Origin: a virus
IMG/VR virus record: IMGVR_UViG_3300010160_000003
Coordinates: 1-64,000 of that record
Length of the DNA: 64,000 nt
Reading direction: 5' to 3' (one strand)
Positions 49,668 through 58,234 of this stretch are shown here, in pieces. Numbering within the stretch: position 1 is the first letter of the stretch; each line of letters starts with the position of its first letter. The translations under genes and the position numbers were made by a program. The notes beneath the pieces are model-generated. The model was not told the DNA's origin, did not search any database, and saw only the letters and a list, made by a program, of their open reading frames with translations.

Positions 49668-49756
49668 TGTTATTATTATACCAAACTATTTAATTAAATA
49701 TAAAATTATAACAAAAAAGGGAGCCAAATTAATGACTCCCCCAGTTGTTGGATTAA

Positions 49757-50950
49757 TTACTTAAGAAGTGCAATTTTGGCTTTTGGATGAGCCTTATTCC
49801 ACTTAGTAGCAAGATAGTTATACTTTGCTTTGTATGTTGCTGCAGCGATTGCTGCAGTTGCAGCAGCATCTGCTTTAACTTTTTCAACTTCTGTTGTATG
49901 AGAAGCAAGTGCATCTACAAGTGCTTTTGCACTAGCAGACTTTACAGAAGCAAGTTCAGCATCTGCGGTAGCCTTTGCATTTGCTAGAGCCTTATCTGAG
50001 GCAACCTTTGCATCCGCTAAAGCATTATCTGAAACAACCTTAGCATCTGCTAAAGCCTTATCTGAGGCAGTCTTAGCATCGGCTAATACTTTTGCATTTG
50101 CAAACTTAGTTGCTTCATGAGCAGACTTCTCTGCAGCCAATTCAGCCTTTAATCCAGCAATAGTTGCTGAAAGATCAGAAACTGTAAACTTAGAAATTAC
50201 AGACTTAATTGGTGCTGATAAACCTGGAACTGCAGTAACTGCAGAAAGCCCTGTTGCAACAATTGTTACTTCACCAGCAACTGCTGCTGAAAGTGTTGCT
50301 GTACCAGTTCCAATGAGTGCACCTGTTGCAGCATTAGTTACTGCTGATGTTGTAATCAATGAAGAAACAGCACCGCCAGTAAATGTTGAGCCGATCAATG
50401 TTACTGTTGCTCCATCTGAAACTGGGTTATTAAAAACGTCAGTTGTTAAAAGTGCAATTGTTGGAACATTTCCAACTGCCGTTGTTGATGGAACAGATAG
50501 TGCTAAATTATAAGCAGGACCTGCGATTCCAGCAACATATACAATTGTTGAATATGCTCCATTAGTTACTGTAACTGATCCGACTGCTGTTGAAGTTGTG
50601 TAAGCATAAACAGTAATTGTTACGCCTGTTGATGTTCCTGAAATTGAAGCGACACCGCTTGCAACTGTTTTTGGAGCATCTACTGTGCTAAGTGCTGAAA
50701 CTAATTTTACTCCGTTTGCAACAAATGTTACTGTTGTTCCGTTGTCTGCTGTTGCAGCGATTGCTACAGTATTACCTGCACCAATTACGTTTGTTGATGG
50801 AACTGCAACTGTAGCAGGTACTGATGGTGTTGTCGTATTAGCAACAATACCAACATTAACTGCAAGAGGTGCAGCATTTGCTGTAGTTGAAAGTCCTACC
50901 AAAGCCATTGCTGCAGCAGTGACTAGAGCGATCTTTTTAAATGAATTCAT
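49757..50950 (-). CDS. S-layer/Ig-like surface protein
   Basis: MNSFKKIAL...ANA signal peptide; Ala/Thr/Val beta-rich body; SDKALADAK repeats; basic C-terminus. Confidence 0.6.
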   Translation of the reverse strand: MNSFKKIALVTAAAMALVGLSTTANAAPLAVNVGIVANTTTPSVPATVAVPSTNVIGAGNTVAIAATADNGTTVTFVANGVKLVSALSTVDAPKTVASGVASISGTSTGVTITVYAYTTSTAVGSVTVTNGAYSTIVYVAGIAGPAYNLALSVPSTTAVGNVPTIALLTTDVFNNPVSDGATVTLIGSTFTGGAVSSLITTSAVTNAATGALIGTGTATLSAAVAGEVTIVATGLSAVTAVPGLSAPIKSVISKFTVSDLSATIAGLKAELAAEKSAHEATKFANAKVLADAKTASDKALADAKVVSDNALADAKVASDKALANAKATADAELASVKSASAKALVDALASHTTEVEKVKADAAATAAIAAATYKAKYNYLATKWNKAHPKAKIALLK

Positions 50951-50997
50951 TTTTTTATTTCTCCTTATTGTTTTCCCCAACCACAATTGGATTGGCT

Positions 50998-52782
50998 TTA
51001 TAGTAAATTAAACGTATCAAGGAAATCCTTGACATCTTCGGGCATTTGCCTGTTATTCAATTCTACCATACTCCTGTCCTTTTCTGCAAGTCGTGCAGAA
51101 GAAGACCAAGTATGGACTTCTATCTCTGTATTATTATTCTTTGGTGTGTGTGATATTGCTCCAAATACCGCACCAGTTACGGCATCTGCTAAATCTTTAG
51201 ATTTTTTACGTGGATGGTCAACACGATTACCCTTCATAATTTTAAGTTCTGACATTTCTTCTAATAGGATAGGTATTCTTGGAATAGACACACGCTCTTC
51301 ATAAATCATCATAGCAAGATCTTCATAGTGCTTTTTTGCAACAGACACTGTCTCAGTCCTAATACCAACAGCCTGTAACTCATTCTGAATATCAAATGAT
51401 TGCCAACGGTCAAATGAAACCATTCCAATATTAAAACCTTGTCTGCGTAAGTTCATAATCCATTGCTTAACTTCAGATAAATTAACTGGACCTTCTGCTC
51501 TTGGCTCCCACCAAGCAACTGCATCTACTACCACTATGGGTGCTACTTGTTCGTAATCTTTAATTACCTGAATATTTACCCATTTATCTACGTGAGCAAT
51601 AGCAACAGCACACTTATCATGCTTTTGTGCAAGGTCAGCGTGTATGTAATATGTTTTTTCTGGATCTGGAATAAAGGTTTCATCAAACCTTCTAAATGAA
51701 TCTATTGGATTTCTTGTGTTCATACACTTCTCAACCTTATCAATTTGTTTAAAGAAGGCATCAGATGAGTATGTTGGCATACAGGCGAAGCGCATCATGG
51801 CATCACCAAGATCAGTATAGAATGCTAGTTTAAAGTCTTCTATCTTACGTGTAGGGTTTACTTCCCATGTTGGTCTTTTAAATGCGTATACCCTTGGAAT
51901 TTTGTATTGAAGAATATTATCCTCATCCCACGAAATCTGAAATTGATTTCCTGGATCAGTATGAGGCAAGTCTTCGTTCATGATAAATGTATGTGTTCGT
52001 TCAATTGTTTCTTTATCTGCAATAACTGATTCATACCTTTGTGAAATAAAGTCACCCTGATATCTAGGAAAAGAAAGCAAAACAACTTTTCCAAGGTCTG
52101 GGAAACGAGAGTCTACTGATCCACGAAATGCTTTATAAATGTTGTCAGCAGTTTTACCTTGCTCATTTCCAGATGCTACCTCGCTTACAAAGCCAGAAAT
52201 TTCATCAAGTACTGCCATTAGCAAGTTCAAACCTTCATGAGATTCTCTTTCTGAGTGTCCAGAGTAGACGGTAATTGCTTTATCAAATTCAACTGAGTCA
52301 GCCTTAGCATTATACTTTCCAGCAAACCAAGGGGACTTTTCAATCTTTGTTTTAAAACCTTTAAAGAAAACGTTCTTTGCTTGTTGTGCGTTAACTGCAA
52401 CGTTAATAATATCAATAGCATCTCCTGCAGGTTTACCGTAATAAATTGCAGGGTCTTTAAGGCATAACAGTTTATACACTACATATGCACAGGCTACTGT
52501 TGATATAAAGTCTTTACCACTACCCTTGCCAAGTTGAAGAATTAATTCATTTTTTGTATACTTAGCAAAATGCCTTGAGCCTTCAAGATCACCCATGATA
52601 TCAATTAAATCTTCTTTACGGTATATCTGACTCATTGCTTCAACAATTTCATATTGAATATCAGATAAAATTGGTTGTCCAAGATATTCTGGAGACTGTA
52701 CAAATGTCTTTACATCAACAGGCTTCTCATTAAAATGATTTTCTTTTAATACTTCAATAAAATCATTGAACATCGTGGACAA
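50998..52782 (-). CDS. terL: Terminase large subunit
   Basis: GKGSGKD Walker A, VLDE Walker B; nuclease HADLA and DH...SKDLADA. Confidence 0.9.
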   Translation of the reverse strand: MSTMFNDFIEVLKENHFNEKPVDVKTFVQSPEYLGQPILSDIQYEIVEAMSQIYRKEDLIDIMGDLEGSRHFAKYTKNELILQLGKGSGKDFISTVACAYVVYKLLCLKDPAIYYGKPAGDAIDIINVAVNAQQAKNVFFKGFKTKIEKSPWFAGKYNAKADSVEFDKAITVYSGHSERESHEGLNLLMAVLDEISGFVSEVASGNEQGKTADNIYKAFRGSVDSRFPDLGKVVLLSFPRYQGDFISQRYESVIADKETIERTHTFIMNEDLPHTDPGNQFQISWDEDNILQYKIPRVYAFKRPTWEVNPTRKIEDFKLAFYTDLGDAMMRFACMPTYSSDAFFKQIDKVEKCMNTRNPIDSFRRFDETFIPDPEKTYYIHADLAQKHDKCAVAIAHVDKWVNIQVIKDYEQVAPIVVVDAVAWWEPRAEGPVNLSEVKQWIMNLRRQGFNIGMVSFDRWQSFDIQNELQAVGIRTETVSVAKKHYEDLAMMIYEERVSIPRIPILLEEMSELKIMKGNRVDHPRKKSKDLADAVTGAVFGAISHTPKNNNTEIEVHTWSSSARLAEKDRSMVELNNRQMPEDVKDFLDTFNLL

Positions 52783-53299
52783 CAGTAATCACTTCTCCTT
52801 CTTTTGCAATGGTAGAAAGTCTTTTCATAATAATATCACGAACTTGTGGATGTTCTGAAGCAATATCTCTTAAAATTCCAACAAGAACTTCTTGTCGTCT
52901 TTCAATTTCAACCATTTCTTCTGCTAGTTCTTTGTTCTCAAGAAGACCAGCCTTTTGTAGCATATCAATTCTTCTTGATTCAATATCTAAAACTAATTTA
53001 ATTCCAGCAGTTTTAGCACTAAGGTTTGTTGACAGGCTTGCTTCATCAATAACTTCATAAGCCTTTGTAATTAATTTTGTATAGTGTGTGTCTGCTCCAA
53101 CCAAAGCCTCTTTTGCACGGGCACGAATAGCATCATTTGCAGATGCCATAACCTTCCACTCATTGATTAAAGACACAACACGAGTACGTGGAATTTCTAA
53201 TTCTTTAGAAATAACTGTTGGATCATTACCTTTAAGATATTCTGTTACTACTTGATTTACTTCATCAAGATGTTGAATAAGTTCTATCTCAGTTGACAT
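52763..53299 (-). CDS. Putative terminase small subunit
   Basis: N-terminal HTH, helical body, overlaps terL. Confidence 0.6.
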   Translation of the reverse strand: MSTEIELIQHLDEVNQVVTEYLKGNDPTVISKELEIPRTRVVSLINEWKVMASANDAIRARAKEALVGADTHYTKLITKAYEVIDEASLSTNLSAKTAGIKLVLDIESRRIDMLQKAGLLENKELAEEMVEIERRQEVLVGILRDIASEHPQVRDIIMKRLSTIAKEGEVITVVHDVQ

Positions 53300-53537
53300 A
53301 CTTTCCCTCTAGTCTATTTATTTCATCTTTAATATAAAAAATGGCCTTTTCTAAATCTTGAATGGTTTTTGCTTCATCTTTAAGTCCTGCTCTCCACAAG
53401 TACTTAAAGGCATTACCAATGTTAAAGTTACGATGACGAGTAATTTGAATTGCTTCTATACCACTAGGGTCAGAAGTATAGTGAACGGGATGATTAACCT
53501 GGTCAACTGTAATGTTAAACTTTTCACTCATCTTCAT
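53289..53537 (-). CDS. DUF3310 family protein
   Basis: VNHPVHY...GNAFKYLWRAGLK...DLEKA. Confidence 0.85.
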   Translation of the reverse strand: MKMSEKFNITVDQVNHPVHYTSDPSGIEAIQITRHRNFNIGNAFKYLWRAGLKDEAKTIQDLEKAIFYIKDEINRLEGKYVN

Positions 53538-53642
53538 TCCAGTCTATATCAAAAGCATCTTCAAGATCTTTTAATGAAGAAAGTGCATAAGTAATTCCAA
53601 CTGCACCTACAATTGCTAGGGCTAGAATAATTTTCTTTTTAT

Positions 53643-53798
53643 TCATCGTTTAGACTTCCTTAGATTAAATTTAGCAAGGTATACGTAGATAGTCTCAACA
53701 CTGGCTCCGCACTCCTTTGCAATTTCTTCTGGGGTCTTCTTATCCACAAGATAACGCTTACGCATGAAAACTTCTGAAGTATACAGTTTAGCAGTCAT
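53643..53798 (-). CDS. Small HTH protein
   Basis: KTPEEIAKECGASVETIY. Confidence 0.65.
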   Translation of the reverse strand: MTAKLYTSEVFMRKRYLVDKKTPEEIAKECGASVETIYVYLAKFNLRKSKR

Positions 53799-53802
53799 AT
53801 TG

Positions 53803-54447
53803 TTATTTGTCAAGTTCTGTATCAATAACATCATAGTCATAAGCATTGGAGTCTTCAAGCATCCATTTATCGTAACTCTCAACATCCCATTTATTTGTAT
53901 TAATGAGTCTTTGTATAACTAGATCTTTTTTGGTAACAAATGAAGGTTCTTTTAGCCTTACCCGATTATTTGGCTGGATTGCAAAATTGCCATCGTCTCT
54001 TTGAATAACATGGCCACATTTATGCTGACCTGGATTTTCTGAATACCCGTCATCTAATATATTTGTCTCTGGGTTATGCCAATCCAGGGTAAATAAATAT
54101 GTTCCAGGAACGCTGGTCTTAGTTCTATCAAGATAGGACATCCTCATATTACTTAAGTTTTCAAACTTTGTTACTGAAACATATGGACTAAAAGAATTCC
54201 ATAAGACAAGATTTTGAATTGGTTCTTCTGGAACACCTGGCTTAGTGCAAAAAGCATTAATTGGCATTCTCCACCAGATACCACCATCCTCCATTAAGAA
54301 ATGGAACAAGGGGCTTCTACTTTTAATACTTGAAACACCAAATATGACGCATGGAAAATATTGGTCATGGCTATCTTCTTGGTCTCTTAAAAAGTTTCCA
54401 CGAACGTAGCACTCAATTGGTGGTATGTTTGCATTTAACTCTGGCAT
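53803..54447 (-). CDS. Conserved phage hypothetical protein
   Basis: LNANIPP, GTYLFTLDW, HKCGH and QPNNR motifs. Confidence 0.7.
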   Translation of the reverse strand: MPELNANIPPIECYVRGNFLRDQEDSHDQYFPCVIFGVSSIKSRSPLFHFLMEDGGIWWRMPINAFCTKPGVPEEPIQNLVLWNSFSPYVSVTKFENLSNMRMSYLDRTKTSVPGTYLFTLDWHNPETNILDDGYSENPGQHKCGHVIQRDDGNFAIQPNNRVRLKEPSFVTKKDLVIQRLINTNKWDVESYDKWMLEDSNAYDYDVIDTELDK

Positions 54448-55049
54448 TATTTATTATCTCCTATTGCTTTCTCCCAGTTTTTTATTGCCCAATGTCCAAT
54501 ACCACAGGCATCTGCAACATCATTATCAACTATATTTTTATCATACTGCATATTAATAAACCTAATAGTTTTTTGTTTTCTTATTTCTCTTTCATTTGAT
54601 TTGTGCCATGCTTCTGACTTACCTGGATTCTTTGATCTTATTAAAAACTTTTCATCTTTAGTTAATTTACCATTCCCTAAAAATATTTGCCAAGTAATTG
54701 GTGCAACCTTGCCAATGGCTTTTGTTCCAGACTGACCTGCTGCTCCAAGAATAGCACCCTGAACTAATGCAAGGTCTGCAGCGGTCTTGGGACTGTTCAT
54801 AAAGACAGTATGTTCAATTACTATTGCTTCAAAACCACTATAGTAATCAAAGAAAGCCTTAACCTTTTGCCCTGCATCCATAACTTTTTGGTATGTATCT
54901 TTACCTTCAAAGTTAATTTTTCCTATAGTTCCTAATGCTTTTTGTTGGGTATCAAACAAAGCAAAAGCAAGACTATTAGTACTAGCATCAATAGCACAAA
55001 TAGTTTTTGGCATCATCTCTAATCCCCATTTATTCTTGCTCATATTCAA
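54447..55049 (-). CDS. RuvC-like resolvase
   Basis: AIDAS, VIEH and DVADA catalytic pattern. Confidence 0.85.
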   Translation of the reverse strand: MNMSKNKWGLEMMPKTICAIDASTNSLAFALFDTQQKALGTIGKINFEGKDTYQKVMDAGQKVKAFFDYYSGFEAIVIEHTVFMNSPKTAADLALVQGAILGAAGQSGTKAIGKVAPITWQIFLGNGKLTKDEKFLIRSKNPGKSEAWHKSNEREIRKQKTIRFINMQYDKNIVDNDVADACGIGHWAIKNWEKAIGDNK

Positions 55050-55320
55050 TATAACCTTTCAACTCTTTTAACATTTTTGTAACTGCCTTTTCGCTAACAT
55101 TACAGTTAGCACAAAATCCAGAATCGTTATAAATAGATAATTCTTGTCCACACCCTCCAAGACAAAGACGTACCTTGTTTTTTCTTTTTTGTCTTTTTGT
55201 GACAGCATATCTTTCTGCAATTTTTTCTTTAGTTGCAAGGTCTCTACAAACCTTGCTACAATAAATTTGATAACTTACTGCAGCCTTAAAAGATGAGTGG
55301 CAGATGCTACATAGTTTCAC
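55030..55320 (-). CDS. Cys-rich hypothetical protein
   Basis: Four Cys pairs. Confidence 0.6.
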   Translation of the reverse strand: MKLCSICHSSFKAAVSYQIYCSKVCRDLATKEKIAERYAVTKRQKRKNKVRLCLGGCGQELSIYNDSGFCANCNVSEKAVTKMLKELKGYIEYEQE

Positions 55321-56092
55321 GCAGTTCCTCCAGGGATGCTATCTTTATTACGCCCACCCCTGCTTCTCCGCAAGCCTTCTTAATAGGACAGTTCTTGCAG
55401 ATTTTTGAATTAGATCTATAGTTTTTTGTAGGAAGAGTTTTATCTTCCCATGCCTTACGAACATCACGCATCCACTGAAAAGCCATGTCAATCCACGCTC
55501 TATAGTGATCGTTTACTTCTACTGGAATAATTAATAGTTCATGATTATTTTTATTTTCATAAACTAGAATACCTTTGGATTTTTTAAGAACCTTCATATA
55601 AATAAGCAACTGAACTACGTGACCCATTTTTGGTTTGTTTGTACGCTTGCGGTACTCAAATACCTCATTGTTTGTTGTCTTAACTTCAACAACAATCTCA
55701 TCGCCCTTCCATTGAATAAAGTTATCCACATACCCAAAAATTGGTGGGTCATCATGGAATAACTTAAATTCAGAGTTAATTGAAATACCAGAGTTTTTAA
55801 ACGCTGCTTCAATTCGGCTATGAGAAAGAGTACCATTAGTCATGTTTGCTACCGCATAGGCATCTGAGTTATCTTCAAAAACTGCACCCTCAAAAGCAAG
55901 ATACCAGTATCTTGGACATTCACCATGACCGTATGCAATTGTAGACGGACCAAAAGTCTTTTTTTGTTTATGCTCAGGATCTCTTCCTACAAGATATCCT
56001 TGTTGAATAACATTAACTAATTCTTTTGCATCTATCTGTTCTGGTGTTTCAACTTCTTTAATCATTATTGTATGTAGTAAATTTTTTGTCAT
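55307..56092 (-). CDS. Cas4/RecB-like exonuclease
   Basis: CPR, GYVD, EVKT, QLLIY and CKNCP...C Fe-S motif. Confidence 0.85.
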   Translation of the reverse strand: MTKNLLHTIMIKEVETPEQIDAKELVNVIQQGYLVGRDPEHKQKKTFGPSTIAYGHGECPRYWYLAFEGAVFEDNSDAYAVANMTNGTLSHSRIEAAFKNSGISINSEFKLFHDDPPIFGYVDNFIQWKGDEIVVEVKTTNNEVFEYRKRTNKPKMGHVVQLLIYMKVLKKSKGILVYENKNNHELLIIPVEVNDHYRAWIDMAFQWMRDVRKAWEDKTLPTKNYRSNSKICKNCPIKKACGEAGVGVIKIASLEELRETM

Positions 56093-56129
56093 TATATCCC
56101 CTTGTTTATATAAGTATAGCAGGTTACGG

Positions 56130-56435
56130 TTATCGTATTAAATACTTAAGTGCTGAAACAAGAGAGTTAATTGATTCTGCTGCAGTATAATAAATGTTCT
56201 TTTTTGCTCTATTACTTTTGTCTACGTTGGCCATCCAAGTAGCCTTTAAAGCCATCTTAGCGGCTATAGCCTGGAGTCTAACAATTTCTAGACTTGCAAC
56301 CTGTATAGGGATATCTGGCTTAATGATAATCTTGGCAATCATTGTTAACGCTACTGTCAACTCTTCATCATCCATATACTCTGCAATTTCTGCTAATCCA
56401 TTGACCTGCTCAAGTGTTGTCTTTGTTGGTTCCAT
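56130..56435 (-). CDS. Hypothetical helical protein
   Basis: Operon ORF. Confidence 0.6.
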   Translation of the reverse strand: MEPTKTTLEQVNGLAEIAEYMDDEELTVALTMIAKIIIKPDIPIQVASLEIVRLQAIAAKMALKATWMANVDKSNRAKKNIYYTAAESINSLVSALKYLIR

Positions 56436-56721
56436 TATTATTCTCCTTTATTAATTGTTCTAACATATCTAATTCTATTATAGCAAGGCGTACCTTTTGT
56501 GTCCCCTCGCCAAGCACGATAACCAAAGCAGGATCCATACTTTTCTTTAATGCATCAGTTGTGGCCTTAGCCCAAACATCTTGGTTTAATGTAAAAGATT
56601 TTGAACATTCTTTAAAGTCTATTACAAAATTATTCCAGGAAGCATCGCCTTTGGTGTTGTTGCGACCACTATTCTTATGTTGTTTGGCACCTATTCTTTT
56701 AGATTCTGATCTTTCACTCAT
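56410..56721 (-). CDS. PD-(D/E)xK Holliday junction resolvase-like nuclease
   Basis: NSG...KGD...IDFK; likely start MSERSE. Confidence 0.65.
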   Translation of the reverse strand: MSERSESKRIGAKQHKNSGRNNTKGDASWNNFVIDFKECSKSFTLNQDVWAKATTDALKKSMDPALVIVLGEGTQKVRLAIIELDMLEQLIKENNNGTNKDNT

Positions 56722-56905
56722 CTTCAAAATCCCTTTTTTTCTTTTTAGATGGAATAAGACCAACTCTTGATACATGTTTTGATGTGCACATCCAAGTAGC
56801 ATCCCCCGTTTCAGACCAAAGCCTTAAAGAGGTAACTGGTAATTTGCATTTTTGACAAATAAACTCACCAGCAAAAACCTTAAAATCTCTTTCAGCCATT
56901 GGCAA
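56714..56905 (-). CDS. Small zinc-binding protein
   Basis: CQKC...C..KH. Confidence 0.55.
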   Translation of the reverse strand: MPMAERDFKVFAGEFICQKCKLPVTSLRLWSETGDATWMCTSKHVSRVGLIPSKKKKRDFEDE

Positions 56906-57905
56906 GTTTGTCCTTTAAACTTTTTTGTAAGTCAAGATCTTCTCTGACACGACTAATAAAACCTTCTCTGCCTTGAACCTTTGTGCCATCATCAAGTTGA
57001 TACCAAGCACCAGTACGATTAACAAGTCCTATTGATTCTGCTGTGTCAACCAAATCACCAATAGCATCAATACCAATATCGTCACCTCTAAAATAAAAAT
57101 CATACTCACCAGATTGAAATCCTGGAGAAGTTTTAGAAAATTGTAACTCCCAACGAATCTTTCTTCCAATCTTTTCTTCAATTAATTTATCGCCTATCTT
57201 AATTTTTCCCTTAATTGCTTGATTTTCGGACTCGGAACTAAATAACTTAATAATGCAAGAAGAATAAAACTTAGTAGCCTGACCACCAGAAGGCTGCTGG
57301 CTAGTATACATAGCATTAATATTATTACGAGACTGGGAAATAAGAACAAGAAGAGTAGGCTTAACCTTGTTATTAGCATAATTAAGCATTTTCCATGCAT
57401 TACTAAAGTCACGTGATTCTGCTCCAATCTGTTTTGTGTTTTCTAAAGCCTTCATATCATCAGTGTCTTTCTCAAAGTAAATTGCAGGAAGCATTGATGT
57501 AATAGAGTCTATCACGATAATATCTACTCCAGCATTAATAAGACCAACACCTACATCTACCATGTCGCTTATTGTTCTTGCTTGTGAATAAATTAATTTT
57601 GTTGGATCTACCCCAAGTTTTATTGCCCAGTCTTCAGAGTATGACATTTCAGAGTCGATCCACGCACATACCTTACCTTCTTTTTGTGCTAAAGCAATCA
57701 TTTGAAGGCACATAGATGACTTTGCAGAAGACTTACTTCCCCAAACTAATACCTGTCTGCCGTATGGTAGTCCTCCACCTAGTGCACGGTTTAATCCAAA
57801 ACTGGGTGTTGGTTGATGATCAAAGTTTATTCCAACACCACTCCCTAGCCTCTTTCTTAATTTAGGGTCTAGTTGTGCTAATACTTCTTCTATTGTTACT
57901 GACAT
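56892..57905 (-). CDS. recA: RecA-like recombinase
   Basis: LGGGLPYGR, WIDSE, VIDSI, SGG.A.KF and GAWY motifs. Confidence 0.9.
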   Translation of the reverse strand: MSVTIEEVLAQLDPKLRKRLGSGVGINFDHQPTPSFGLNRALGGGLPYGRQVLVWGSKSSAKSSMCLQMIALAQKEGKVCAWIDSEMSYSEDWAIKLGVDPTKLIYSQARTISDMVDVGVGLINAGVDIIVIDSITSMLPAIYFEKDTDDMKALENTKQIGAESRDFSNAWKMLNYANNKVKPTLLVLISQSRNNINAMYTSQQPSGGQATKFYSSCIIKLFSSESENQAIKGKIKIGDKLIEEKIGRKIRWELQFSKTSPGFQSGEYDFYFRGDDIGIDAIGDLVDTAESIGLVNRTGAWYQLDDGTKVQGREGFISRVREDLDLQKSLKDKLANG

Positions 57906-58234
57906 TAAAATCGTACCCCGTGTTTTTCTGGTCTAGTTTTATTAAAGTTAATTTTTTCTTCCATTGCATAATCAAGGGATAACTTAGTATACCCTGCTTC
58001 AACCATTCCTGCATATAGATCAAGTGTGCGAATAATAATGTCTGCAAACTCTTTAGTAATTTCTTCTTCACCTTTATCTTTACGTACCGCTTCCATTACT
58101 TCTGTTACTTCAGAAACAATCATCATACATTGTTTTGCAATAAAAATATCATTAACCACTGCTGGCCAAAATCCTTTTTCAACTGCATTTTTGTGCAACT
58201 CTATTGCTAAATTGTCAAATACATTGTTATACAT
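57905..58234 (-). CDS. MazG-like nucleotide pyrophosphohydrolase
   Basis: SEVTEVMEA...EFADIIIR.LD. Confidence 0.8.
   Translation of the reverse strand: MYNNVFDNLAIELHKNAVEKGFWPAVVNDIFIAKQCMMIVSEVTEVMEAVRKDKGEEEITKEFADIIIRTLDLYAGMVEAGYTKLSLDYAMEEKINFNKTRPEKHGVRF

Noticed and set aside
55307-56092. Cas4 as part of a CRISPR-Cas system
   Set aside because: Solo Cas4-like exonuclease within the recombination operon; no cas1, cas2 or array.
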